Source of the DNA: Vicugna vicugna
Lineage: Eukaryota
NCBI GenBank assembly: GCA_013265495.1
Contig: MU058654.1
Span: 62,001 to 126,000, forward strand
Direction of reading: 5' to 3'
DNA: 64,000 nucleotides
Position numbers and translations under genes: made by a program
Shown here: one piece after another, positions 12,960-24,699 of the stretch
Layout of the letters: each line of letters begins with the position of its first letter
How positions within the stretch are numbered: position 1 is the first letter of the stretch
Notes under the pieces: generated by a model
The model's input: the letters and a program-made list of their open reading frames with translations, nothing else
Told to the model about the DNA's origin: nothing
Database searches by the model: none

Positions 12960-14330
12960 GAAAATATAATGCTGGCAAGGTTGATAGAAATTATGGAGGG
13001 TATTATGTGCCCTATTGAAGACTTTGGTTTATTCTCTCATTCAATAACTTCCAACCAATGACTTAACATAGTAAAATTGTTCATGCTCCGTGAATAGTTA
13101 GCTTGATGTGTAGAACAGGAAGTTGTTACAGTCGCTCATGAGAGAAATGAGGGTGTGAGGTAGGGTAGAAGAATCTGGAATTACAATTCAGATGAAAAAT
13201 ATTCAGAAAATAATACATGAGAACTCGTTACCTTACTAGGGAGACAGAGAAGGAAAGAGAAAAATCAACGCTGATCCCTAAGGTTTTAGCTTTTGATGGT
13301 AGCTCTCAATGTGCCATAATTAAGCTAGGAAAAGAAAGGAGAACTAATTTTGAGAAGGCGACATGTTAGGTTTGGGAATGCTGGAACTGAGTGTCTGTGG
13401 TCTATCTAAGGAGAGAAATCTAGACATAGAGAGATGCGTGGGTCTGAGGATCAGGAGGGGAAGCGTTTAGACTACAGTGACAGACTTGGGAGAAATTAGC
13501 ATATGGATGGTAACTGAAGCTTTGAGAGTGGATAAAATTAACCGGATAAACGCACGACTGTGAAAAGCAGTGGAATAAACTAGGAACTCTATAAAGTACT
13601 AACATTTCAGGCTAACACACAAGGATGGGGTGGAGAAAGGTACGCAAAAGTGATGAAATTATACAAGGAGAAATTCACGTGATCCAGAAAGGTAATTAAA
13701 ATATTCATTACACTTGACAGTATTACAACATAAGATCCAAGAGAGTTGAGAGATTAGTCTCTTCCTAAGGGTTTTGTTCATCACTGCCTCCCCAGTGCCT
13801 AGATCAATGCCAGGCACATAGTAAGCCCTCAATATTTATTAGGAAGTCACTGATGGCCTTAGGAATGAAAATTACAACACAGCAGTGAGGTCAAACACCA
13901 GATGGTGAAGCAGTTAAAACTCTAGGAATACAGATTCCTTTTTCAAGAATTTTAGATGGTAATTGAAAGAGAGAGACATTGAGAGGGCTTGACATAAATT
14001 AAGCATTTTTATTTTAGGGAGGGAGAGCCTCAGAATTATTTATAGGCTAAGACTAAATTAAAGATTCTGGAGCAAGAGAGCTTGAGCTTGAGGAGGGCAG
14101 TCCCAGAAGAAAAGGCAGAGAATAAAATCAAGAGCTCAAACAAGTGAATTTTTAACAGGGAGGGAAGAACACTTCATCATGTGAGGAGACAAAAGGGAAG
14201 GACATGGAGAAGGGCAAGGCTGTTGGTGGACAGCGGTAGTGTAATATTGAGAATTCTTTTGAGGACCTCTCTCTGTTCAACAAAGATGCTGAGAAAAAGG
14301 GGGAATTAAACCCAGGACGATGCTTCAGAG
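12960..14330 (-). mobile_element. L2 fragment, interrupted by a short opposite-strand L2 3' end at ~13770-13842
   Basis: gaagactttggttttattct...gacttgggagaaattagcatatggatggtaactgaagc; nested ttttgttcatcactgcctccccagtgcctag...caggcacatagtaagccctcaata. Confidence 0.7.
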
Positions 14331-15679
14331 GAGTGGGAAGGCTTTGTGCTAGACTTTGGGGGAGTTACCCACAAAATGGGAATATTGGGGAGGCCAATGG
14401 GCATCCAAGACTATATACATTTATGAGGTTCCACACTGCAGAGGGGATGATTTGTTTTAATAAGCCAGCACAGGCCAGGGAAAGTACGTACAGGCATGCT
14501 TTAAGCACACTCCTTATTTGAGGTTTGGCTGGTTGCATCATACATTAATGGAAGGATGGACAGAGGGAGAGGGTTCTGACCAGCGATGGGGACCAGACAA
14601 GGATATTTTACAAAGGTAGAAACAGAGACAACTCATGATTAGGCTAACGAGGAAATTTAGTGGATGTGAGTTTATGAGAAAAATGACCCCCATCTCTCAT
14701 TATGCAATTAGCTATGGAAATTTAAGGGTCCATGTTGAATTTGCTGTAGGAGATGACGGAATGTACCATGTGGCCAGACAGTGGAGCAGAGAGGAAGGGG
14801 ACGTGAAGTAAAATGATGGTGGAGGCACTGGGATTTGGGAAGCCCAATAAATATACGAATGATTCGGCAAAGAATAAATGCACTTCCATGACATGTTTCA
14901 CTACTTGGGTGAATTATTGGGTTACGTCAACCTGTTTGAAAAACTACAGCACGGAGGGTGACTAGAGGGTTACATTTGGGTGAAGAACAAAATGACTGGC
15001 TTTCTCTAGAAGACCAGAATGAGTTTCTAATTCTTCGTGTCCTAGCATGTGGATCGGATCTGACATTAGCCATCAGCTGGAGAGCACTTGTCTCTAAATA
15101 GAACCTCATCCCAAAAAGAGATCACATTATCTCCTTAGTAACCATCATGTCCATTTGTAGACCTTGCACTGCACATGGGAATTTAAGAAAATGGTGCTTT
15201 TATACATGAAAAGATTATCTAATCCTTAGCATGCTTAATGCTTTTGCAGGATGATGGGAGCCTCACTTGTTCTCATCAGTTTCAGCTTTCTGAGATAACT
15301 GACATGGGACAGCCTCTTAGCTTTAGCAAACTTCCCAGGTGTCTTCCTCAGGAACTGGGATCTCTGAGGCATTCAAAATTAGCCTGCGATGAGAGCTATG
15401 TTAGCCACATAAGATGCGCCTTCAGATTTGACTCAACATTTTTTCCCTTTAAAAAACTCTGGCCATAAAAATGTTTAATTGGCCAACTCTGGAGACTCGG
15501 TGTTTCATTAACTCAAGGAGACATCAGAGACATTTTCAGAGACAAATCTGACCTTAGGAATGCTAACATTTTGTGAGATTAGAAACCCAGGCTGTAAAAG
15601 CAGTTTGCCGGAACATACATTTATAGTTTTTCCCTGAGGGACCTCTGTCTTCTCCTTCTATAGGGAAGCCTTTTCCTAC

Positions 15680-16400
15680 TGTCCTAGGAGCCACGTGAAA
15701 ATGTAAATAATTAGGACTTGAGAGAGATCCCCGCCCAGGTTTCTCAGGAATCGGCTGAAGGAGCTTTCTGCTGCACGTGCCGTTTTATCTTAAGGATGAC
15801 CTGAAATCTGAAGCTGTCTTTAATGTCAGCCGCATGTGAGGGTCTCCGCAGAAAGGTGATCAAAAGGACTCTCCTGGCTTAGGTGCCCTTTGTCTCCGAG
15901 GAAGGTGATCCACAGCATCTGGAGATGATGGAGCGCGTGATTAACATTACCACCAAGAATGATTAATATCTTCTTAAAGCACCTACTTCCAGATTATCCA
16001 TCATTTCATTAGAGTGAAAAAAGTTCCCTGTGAAAAGAGGCTGGCCCTCTGAACCATGAATAACTCGCCCACCCCTTGACATGTTTACTAATTGAGTAGC
16101 AGAGCGGGCTTAATACTTAAATATATTTATACTAAGCAAATTATGGCTTTTTTTTTCAACACTCAGGGTGAGTTCGGGATTGTAGTGAAATAACAAAGTG
16201 CTTTTGTTTAGCAATTAAAGGTCATTTTATGATTAATACTAAACTTAACCCTTATTCTTGACACAAAGCATTAATTTTTTTGTCATAAACCATTGACCAG
16301 ATTTCTTGTGCGGGATTTTTGCTCTGCAATATTGGTTAATTTGCACTGTAGATGTGACATTTAAAAGATTCCTCATTAACCAGGGCCTTTGAAAGCATCT
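15680..16400. promoter_or_regulatory. Putative conserved non-coding enhancer
   Basis: No recognisable repeat; CpGs retained; CACGTG x2 (15692, 15774), TGATTAA x3 (15938, 15960, 16230), TTTTATGA 16225, GTCATAAA 16282, CTTTGAA 16387. Conservation was not tested. Confidence 0.45.
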
Positions 16401-17836
16401 AGTTTTTACGTGGGTCCTAAGTCTATGATTTTATTTAGTGTTTTACTTTAAGAGAGATTATATATTCAGGAGAAGAAAGCACATGAATGTCATCAGATTT
16501 TCTTTATTGTCTTCAGCCCCAACATAGAATGAAATACCTCCTTAACATAGTAATGATGGCTCCAAATCCTGGGCCCTTCCCAGAGCCCTAAAAACATATC
16601 ATTAAAGCCAAGCTGAAAGTCATTTTCAATATACGTGACTTACTTAGAGAATCAAGAAAATTATCTGTGAAACTCAAATAATGGGTCACTTTTTATTTAC
16701 TGGCCTTAAAGTGTTTATTTTGGTTTTGGTTTTAATAACTCAAATAACAGTCAGCCCTTTCCGCTTCATCTAACTGTGGACAAATTATGGGAAAATGTCA
16801 AATTCATATTTGTTTTTGGGAACCATCTCCATCCTGCCCCACTCCCAGCACCGTGGATTGGTTTATGATTTTACTTTTCAATCAGTACATTCAGATCATA
16901 AGAACACATCAAAGGATATGGAGAAATGTCTTTAGAAGCATGTCTTTGAGGAGCTTCAGAATTAGTCAGTGTGGCACTTTGAGCTCTTGGTGGGTGCCTA
17001 GAGACAAGGCACAGAGATAAGGCACCTTTAGACACCCAGGTAAGGGCTTAGGCCAGAGTTGTTCTGCTCATGAGCTGTGTGACTTTGAGTCACTTCTAGT
17101 CCCATAGGACACATATGAAATGAAAACCCAGGCTGAACGATCACTTGGTTAATGAGACAGACTCACTGAACAATTTTGATAATTTTCCCATAATCTTCTC
17201 ATACGAAATCTTGTATCATAATAAATTCTCCCTACATACCCAAAAGTGATCATTTTGATATCATAGTAAGTAAATATTGCCTATATCTGTGAGATGTGCC
17301 TGTGCATATATGGGTAACATACATCCTCAATTCCCAGAAATTGACTTACCCTTTAAGTAAAATGCTGCTTAAACATTCTGTATATTTGTTTGAAAGGAAC
17401 CAACTGATTAAAACACATTTATTTCAGGGGAGTTCCAAACAAAAGTGCTGGAGGACACAATATATCTCACACACCTACGAATAAAATATTTTGCTGTTGC
17501 AAAAACCTAAAAGGTTAGGAATTATGAAAAACAAATTCAAGTGTGTCTACTACGCTGCATTATACCCACCATAAGGTAGAACTAAACTGAATAACATGGC
17601 GTATTCCCTAAGGAACAGTCTACAGCACACTACTCTCTGGGTCTTTTAGAAGCACAAATTAAAAACAAACTTAAACGCTCGCTAGAAATGCCAAATTAAA
17701 TAAAGTTAAATAAATTTCTTTATGATAGGAGTTTTCAGATCCTTGTGAATTTTCAAGATGGCAGTAGGGTTCATAATCCTCAAACTGATTTGACAGTGAA
17801 ATTTACTTGCTTATTTATGTGTTTATTTATCAGGCA

Positions 17837-17895
17837 TAATATACATATATATTATGTATTTATGTATTTAATATACATAATATATATGTATATTA
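17837..17895. repeat. Perfect 23-bp AT-rich inverted repeat with 13-nt spacer
   Basis: 17837-17859 taatatacatatatattatgtat is the exact reverse complement of 17873-17895. Confidence 0.9.
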
Positions 17896-17944
17896 CTCTA
17901 CATTTCTCTCCATACACATAGCAATAGATAAAGATCAGTAATAT

Positions 17945-18682
17945 TTAAAAACTATAACTTAGGATCGAGTCAGCAGATATGTTTTGTGAGCATGAAGAAA
18001 TAAATGACCCAATGATAGAAAATTCAACAAGAAGACTATAATACAAAAGGTGAAAATGTAGAAATAATTTAGGGTTGGTAGAATGACTGTTCACTGTACA
18101 CAGATATATCCAACTGAGTTCAGGATAAGAAAAGGAGGATATGGGATTTGGGTCCTTATATTTATCTTCCATGACCATATCTCGATTCCCTTGGTGGAGG
18201 GGTGGCTTTAGAGCCACGTCAACACAGACTTCTTTTCATGTTTTGGTCAAGGTTTCAAAGATAATGGGAGAAGTTCCTTTGAAACCAACTTTAGGTGAGG
18301 GGAATAGGGAGACCTCTACTGTGGCCGAATTAGATGCCCTCTCTATACCCATAGTAATAGGCGATTGTGCCAATAAACACCTTCACTCTAAATGTCTGTG
18401 CCTGTGGCCAAAGGGAGCCACCTGCTCTTTAGGTGGTTGGTCCTACTGGCCGATTCTATCTATAGCCAGGTTATTTCCTTCCATTCTACCAGTTATATAA
18501 ATAACCCCTTTCAGTTCATCATGTTTAAAACCAATATTCAGGAAGCCAACAACTCTAGATATGGCTAGCTCTTCCTTATGGAATCTTTTCTACTAACAAC
18601 ATTCCAGTGCTATGGCACACTACAAAGACTTTTTGATGGCCTCAGGAACGTTCAATACCTTGACCATGAGGGGAGGAATCAT
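17945..18682 (-). pseudogene. Unidentified decayed coding-like segment
   Basis: One minus frame runs 215 codons (18589-17945) with only 3 internal stops; good acceptor cattttctttctcag| ahead of 18682; product not recognised. Confidence 0.3.
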
Positions 18683-18910
18683 CTGAGAAAGAAAATGTGA
18701 CCGTTTTATTTGCCCAAGAGGAGGAATTCTTCCACCAGTGAAACAGGGGACATTAGAGCATATCAATTTGCTTTTCACTATGGGTGCCCATTATGTGCAT
18801 GTGTGTGTGTGTAGGTGTGTAAGTAGCAGTATTATAGCTGGAAATGTTTGAGAATCCTTTCTTGCCATCCTTGTATACAATGACAGAGAAAAAAAATCAG
18901 AATAAAATAA

Positions 18911-19117
18911 TTTGTAGATACTGACAGTTATATATAGGATAGATAAACTAATTTATACTGTACAGCACAGGGAAATATATACAAGATCTTGTAGTAGCTC
19001 ACGGTGAAAAACAATATGAAAATGAATATGTGTATGTTCATGTATGACTGAAAAATTGTGCTATGCACCAGAAATTGACACGACATTGTAAACTGACTAT
19101 AACTCAGTTAAAAAAAC
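18911..19117 (+). mobile_element. Camelid-type L1 3' end with 17-bp TSD
   Basis: aaatcagaataaaataa at 18894-18910 and 19118-19134. Confidence 0.95.
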
Positions 19118-19261
19118 AAATCAGAATAAAATAAAAATCTTGACAAAACCCTCTGAAAAAGGGGGCAAAAAAGATGTTGAGTAGAAACTAGGGCAAATAG
19201 ACAGAAATGAACTGTCACAAATTTTATTTATTTTTTCTTCATCTCTAAGGAGTCAGTTTCA

Positions 19262-19445
19262 TTTGGTGAAAAGAATGGAAGTTTGGGAGTCCCGGACCCT
19301 GGTCCCACCTATTAACTACGGAACACTGAGCAAGTTGCTTAACTTCTCTGGCCCTCAGTCTTCCCATCTGAAGAAGAGGAAATTAACCCCATTACCTCAG
19401 CCTGAACTGGGAGAATTAAATAAAGTCCTGAATGGAGTGTGTTAG
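19262..19445 (+). mobile_element. MIR SINE
   Basis: gagcaagttgcttaacttctctggccctcagtcttcccatctg core. Confidence 0.8.
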
Positions 19446-19559
19446 TCACACAGCCAGCGGTCATACGATAAATACCACAATTCTTCAAGATTACTCTCTG
19501 TTTCCAGAAAGGCACGCACTTTCCACAAAGATTCAGCTGCGGTTTGTCCTTTCCCCTCA

Positions 19560-20600
19560 GGAGCACGGCCTCTGGGGCTCAGGTGCACGTGCCTAGACGG
19601 CCCTGAGCATTAGCTAATCTGCAGAGGAGGAAGACCCAGGGCCAGCTTCGAGCCCAGGCCGCCGTCAGGCCTCGGCGCCCCCGCTCCGGTGGCTGTTCGT
19701 CCTCCTCTTTGCCCTCTCTGCTCCGTTGCGATTGTCCCGGACTTTCCCCCCAAGCAACTGCTGTCCAGACCAGCTGCACCCACTACATCTTCAGCAGTGG
19801 ACCGAGGAGGGTATTAATCATATTTTTGAGGAGGACACTCTGCTATTCATCTCCCTGACACCTCCAGCGACGGGCCGCCGGGGCCTGCCCACAGTCCATT
19901 GACTGGTGAGATTACACATTACCCTGCTCCATTGCCTTTCCCTGCCCTCTCCATTGACTGGCTGTTCAACAGTGGAGTTGTGTTTGTTCAATCAGACATA
20001 ATTTATACCTTTTTTGTTCTTGCTGGAGAGTGCATGTTAATTTTTAGTTGAAGGGCAGCGTTTTCGGTCTAATTTCAAGTGAAACAACACTCACTGAGAT
20101 GAGACTTGCTACAAAATTCATTTTGTCACCCCTCCCGTACTTGCCAGCAGCCACCACGGGAATCGTGGGGACATGTGGGTTTCCACCAGCCGCTGTATTC
20201 ACGGAATGTATGATCAGGTCTCCAGGCTCCCATGTTTTGTTGTGAATTGTGTACAGATGTGTATTTATACATAGCCTCCACCTCGAAGTGTCGAAGTTCC
20301 CTGCAGAGAAGTAGCCCATCTTTCACTCACTTCCACAGAATCCCTTTCATCCTTTATGTGTAATCTCTCATTCCAAGTCCTTATGCACCTCGTAGCTTAA
20401 TTTGCCACTTATCTTCTCTCTTCTTAACCCTCTTACTTTAAAATGCAAAGGAAGGGGGAGGGTAGCGGGACTACTTAAGAGCTGCAATAATCCACATATG
20501 TAAATAGCATTAATAATTGAATTAATCACTGATTAGCTAATCAGAAGCTCAGTAATAAACTGGCTGCAGGGGGACAAGATGGCTCTGCCACGACACACCA
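19560..20600. promoter_or_regulatory. CpG-rich patch plus motif-dense unique sequence; putative enhancer or promoter
   Basis: CpG cluster 19565-19885; tccattgactgg x2; TAATTGAATTA at 20514-20524; palindrome ctgattagctaatcag at 20529-20544. Confidence 0.5.
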
Positions 20601-21039
20601 AAGCAACTTGGTGCTTTGTTTTCCACATCATTGGTCTCTTGAACGAATTTCCATTTCCACCATTAAAAACTGGCTCAAAATCTGCCTGATTATATTGAAT
20701 AAGCCAGTTAAAGAAAAGAAAGAGATCATGAGTTCTCTGAATTGTTCATACATTTACTCAGCAAGTAATTATGATGTCCCTACTGTGCGGCAAGTACTGC
20801 TCCAGCCGCTGAATTGGAAATGGGGGCAGGGGGCAGTTAACACACACACACACACACAGAATATTTTATTTACTTATTTACTTAATTGTAGTAGACGGCA
20901 CTATGGGTTTCATGTCTTAGTATAAACCCAGAAATGCAAAATTTCCAAACTGACTTCTCATTGTGTGGTTTCTGTGCTGAGCATTAGAGGGTGGAAATGT
21001 CCATCATCTGGCTAGTGCTTAGCAGCACTGAAAATAGTT

Positions 21040-21260
21040 GAGGAATAGTGGAAAGAGCACTGGATTGGGAGTCCAATCTGATCATGATGGAATCCGGACT
21101 CTGCATAACAGTTACATGCTTTTTATCCCCTAGCCCTTATGAACCTTAATTTTCACTTCTAGGCAGTGGGCATAATATCTATGAGTTAGTGAATTGTAAC
21201 AGGAGTCAATAAATTAAGTGCTTAAAGTGTTAGGCATGTAGAAAACATTCAATCCATGTC
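21040..21260 (+). mobile_element. MIR SINE
   Basis: atagtggaaagagcactggattgggagtc 5' end and MIR-like 3' end. Confidence 0.75.
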
Positions 21261-21849
21261 AATTTGGTCATTATAACTTTTATTAGGGAGTGGAAATAGA
21301 ACTGTCTATTGTCCAATAAATATTGGATCAATCACATACTATCAAGTGTGTCCATTTTATAGAAAACTTAGGAAAATATATCATATCGTGTAGAGTTACT
21401 AAGCAAAGTCTACATTAGTCTCTGCTCTGCCTGCCATCTCTGTACTGAAGCATCCTGGGGGTTCTGCTAGGTATATGCGCTCTTTGCTGCGGTCCCCTCT
21501 GGGCATAATCTATGGATTCCTCCATCATTTCCCGCATCAATAATTATCAATGCTTTCAGACCCCACAGGCTTGTTGAAATTGTCTTCTGATAGCCCCATC
21601 CAATCTCCCATGATGTATGTAATTATAGCTCTGTATCTCTGTGTGTAGATCATTGTGTAGATCATTATCTGTCACTGTTGAGGTACCCGAAGGAGGGATC
21701 AGATACAGGGACTGAATTCTTGAATCAGAATCCACCCTTTTGAATCTCGATCTTCACATCTACACTGTCCTTGATTTTCTGCCTCCTTCTAGGTTGGAAT
21801 TGCTCTGGTGTGTGTGGTTCTCCAGGACAAAATCACATGTCAGTGGAAG

Positions 21850-22035
21850 GTAACACCTTGGGGTCCATTTGGCTCAGCATAAATCCTGGTTCCACTGCTT
21901 GCTGTATGATTTTGATGACTTTTCTAAGCTTCAGCTTTCTCATGTATAAAAAAAAATCCAGATGTCAGTTTTGCTGTTGATTGCTTTGTAAGGACTAGAG
22001 TGTCATGGAGAGCAGATAGTAGAGACTCACTAAGT
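21850..22035 (+). mobile_element. MIR SINE
   Basis: aaatcctggttccactgcttgctgtatga...cttcagctttctcatgtataaaa. Confidence 0.7.
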
Positions 22036-22841
22036 ACCACTTTCCCTCCCCTCCTTCCTCCTGCCCTCCCTCCTTTCTTTCATTTTGAATTGCCCTTGTT
22101 GCTACTTTAAAAATATATATTTCTTATATAGGTGGGATTAAGGTAAGAGAAGGAAAAAGAGAGGAGAGTGAATTCTTAATTACCCCAGTGTAAGCCCAAA
22201 GAAAATCTTTTGACAGTGTCCCAGAACTTTCTCTAGAACACCAGCAGATTTTCTGCCAATTAATTTTAGTTTAGAAGAAATTTTCCAGCCTATATTGTAG
22301 ACATGTCTCTCTGGCAGAGATAACATCTAAACAACCCAGGGAGGCTTTTCCACTCTAATTGTAATAAGGTTTTGAACTCAACAAAGGAGCTTCACAGAGG
22401 CAAGAAGATACCCCTGCCGGGATGCTCCTAGGTGACCATGTGGCCAAGACAGTCTCTGAGAGGTGGGAATGGCAGTGCCACCCTCATTAGGAGCCTTCAG
22501 CTACCAGGGTAGGACCTGGGTCATAGAGTTCCCATGTGAAGGCAAGGACCTCAGAAGAATACAGTACAAAGGAGGAGAGAAGAGCCAAGAAGGCAGTAAG
22601 AATATTTGAAGAAAGGAATAATAATTAAAGCCTTCTGTAAAGTCAGAAGCTGAAACAGTATTTATCGTCTGGTCCAGTTCAAAGTCGGGATTTTACAACC
22701 TGATCTCTCGGATTTAGCAGGTAGCCCTAAAATTACGGGTTCTTTAGATGCTGCGCATTTCCAGCAGCATTCAAAAAAACCTCCTATCTAAGGAAGATGT
22801 TTCCATCTTGTGGCTTTCTCAGTAGATTTCTCTTTTCTCAG

Positions 22842-22893
22842 AGCATAATGATTGGGAGCTACAAACAGACCAGGAGAAAAATAGCCCTTTAAG
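22842..22893 (+). CDS. Candidate exon A (52 nt, phase 1 to 2): xHNDWELQTDQEKNSPL(R)
   Basis: Acceptor tttctcttttctcag|, donor AAG|gtaagg; open in a frame compatible with exon B. Confidence 0.45.
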
Positions 22894-23098
22894 GTAAGGG
22901 TTTTAGGTTTCCAGTAGGAACCACAAAAGGGGAAAAATGACATTTTCACTAATAGGATGAGAATTTTGGCTGATTAAATGCAAAATATTAGCTCCTTTGG
23001 AGTATGTAAAATCCATGTGTTTGCCTTTAAGAATCCCTCATCAATGTTTGGCCATAATGCCTCTTAAATAAAGGGAATTTTTTTTCATCTGTTTTCAG

Positions 23099-23127
23099 AT
23101 TTGGAGATCAGAGATTACATGACTTAG
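23099..23127 (+). CDS. Candidate micro-exon B (29 nt, phase 2 to 1): (R)FGDQRLHDL(V)
   Basis: Acceptor ttttttttcatctgttttcag|, donor TAG|gtgagt; its only open frame is the one delivered by exon A. Confidence 0.5.
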
Positions 23128-23596
23128 GTGAGTGTCAAGTTAGTTGTAGATAAATGGACATAAATTGTTTCTACTGCAAGATTTTATAAGAGCCTTTCTC
23201 TTAGAAGGCTTTTGGTTGCAGAATTATTCACTGTGATTGTTAAGCCAACTGTTTGGGCATTCAGTTTCTAGACTAGGTCAGATGGCAATATAGCAGTGCA
23301 TTGATAACTTTCTCCTGGTTTGTTTGACAGTGTCTGCATCTATGATTAAAATCTCATGGTAGATCCAACGCTTCTACTTGTCCAGGGCCTTGAATTCAGT
23401 GCTCGCAAACAGGCAATAGAGAGAGAGAGAGATTAGAGCAAAGTCTGTTACTTAAACCACTTGATTTGGAACATTTTACATAAGGGATTTGGGTAAACCT
23501 ACCTTCCTAAGAATGACTGTGTCTTCCTGAAGAAGACTTAGCAAGCATAGAGTTGTGAGACTACACTGAGGGACATGATTTCAAAAGCAGCAAGCA

Positions 23597-23730
23597 TGGG
23601 GTCCAGTGCAAAAATCACAAGGCAGAGCTCCTGATTCAAAAAGTCTTGAGAATTTCAAGATGGCGACAGAAGAACATTAGGTCAAGTGTAGGATCGTTAT
23701 AGACATGGGGGCCCGTGCTCTTGCCCTGCT
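23597..23730 (-). mobile_element. MER45-like hAT-Tip100 DNA transposon fossil
   Basis: gaatttcaagatggcgacagaagaacatta...gggggcccgtg...gccctg matches recalled MER45 antisense. Confidence 0.7.
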
Positions 23731-23772
23731 TCTAACAAATCTATGATTTGACTAAACGATATTTCTTTTCAG

Positions 23773-23877
23773 TGTTTTCTGAAGATTCAGCTACCGTTGA
23801 TTATGAAACTGATTCATAAATTCATCTAGCAGAGAGATTTGCCTCTAGTTCACTTTTAAAATTTCAGAATCCACTAA
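23773..23877 (+). CDS. Candidate exon C: (V)FSEDSATVDYETDS*, stop 23817-23819, then UTR
   Basis: Acceptor atttcttttcag|, donor TAA|gtaagt; phase-1 entry matches exon B. Confidence 0.4.
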
Positions 23878-24699
23878 GTAAGTAAACCCCAACTTGCTGT
23901 TTGTTAGCATAACCCCTGGACATTAGATCGATGCCTTAGTTTGTCATGGGCAATGCAGATAGCACTGTGCGCTCTGCCTTTTAGGAATAAGACTGTGCTT
24001 ATTCACCATTCACATCCCACTGGGGACAATGCAATGCAATGTGACAGTGTCACATGGTGTAAGCCAGGAAGCCTAGTGAGGCAACTTGTTGAATAGCCCT
24101 TTAGACATCTGAACGGGGGCATTCAGTTCAAGGAAAGCAGGAAGAGCTCCACGTGCATTAAAACTGGACCATCCCAGGGGCAAGCACATCACAGACATAA
24201 CTGCAAATGGTTTTCTCATACATGGGCAGTAAGACTACCGACTACCTATGGAGTAGGTTTTTGAACAGTACTCAAGAGCTAATCCATGGAAAAAGTTGAG
24301 CACAGGCTACCATATAATATATTTATGTTAATGCATGTTTATTAATATATTATTAATTCATATTGATACTATTGATAATGTATTATTAATTATTAATCCA
24401 TGATATACAATTAATATATATTTAAATAATATAAGGGTCTCAGTGAATGTCAGCTCTTAACTTTATTCTAAAGCAGGAATCCTGAATTTCTAGTTTCATT
24501 TATATTTCCATTAAAAATTCAGAGGAGAATGTTAAAATGGCCTTAACAACAGTGATTTTTGTTTGAACCATTCTATTCCATCTGAAAAGTCCTAGAAAAA
24601 AAAAAAAGGAATTATTTGCTCATTTGGCAGTTTGACTTTTCAGAGTTTCCTGGAAGTTTAAATAATTTCATGGCCATGACTTTGGGGCCTGGAGGGGCA

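Noticed and set aside
16895..17039. Exon-like segment ending CAG|gtaagg
   Set aside because: Stops in all three frames; at most non-coding, with no further support
18100..18720. Motif resemblances to SERAC1-type hydrolases, kainate receptor and bornavirus L or M
   Set aside because: Motif spacings are inconsistent in every case, so no identity was assigned
20044..20326. Overlapping ORFs of 65-91 aa
   Set aside because: No recognisable protein and no coherent splice sites; better explained as regulatory DNA
22132..22142. 11-nt micro-exon candidate ag|GTGGGATTAAG|gtaaga
   Set aside because: Places TAA in frame with exon A; compatible only with a non-coding transcript
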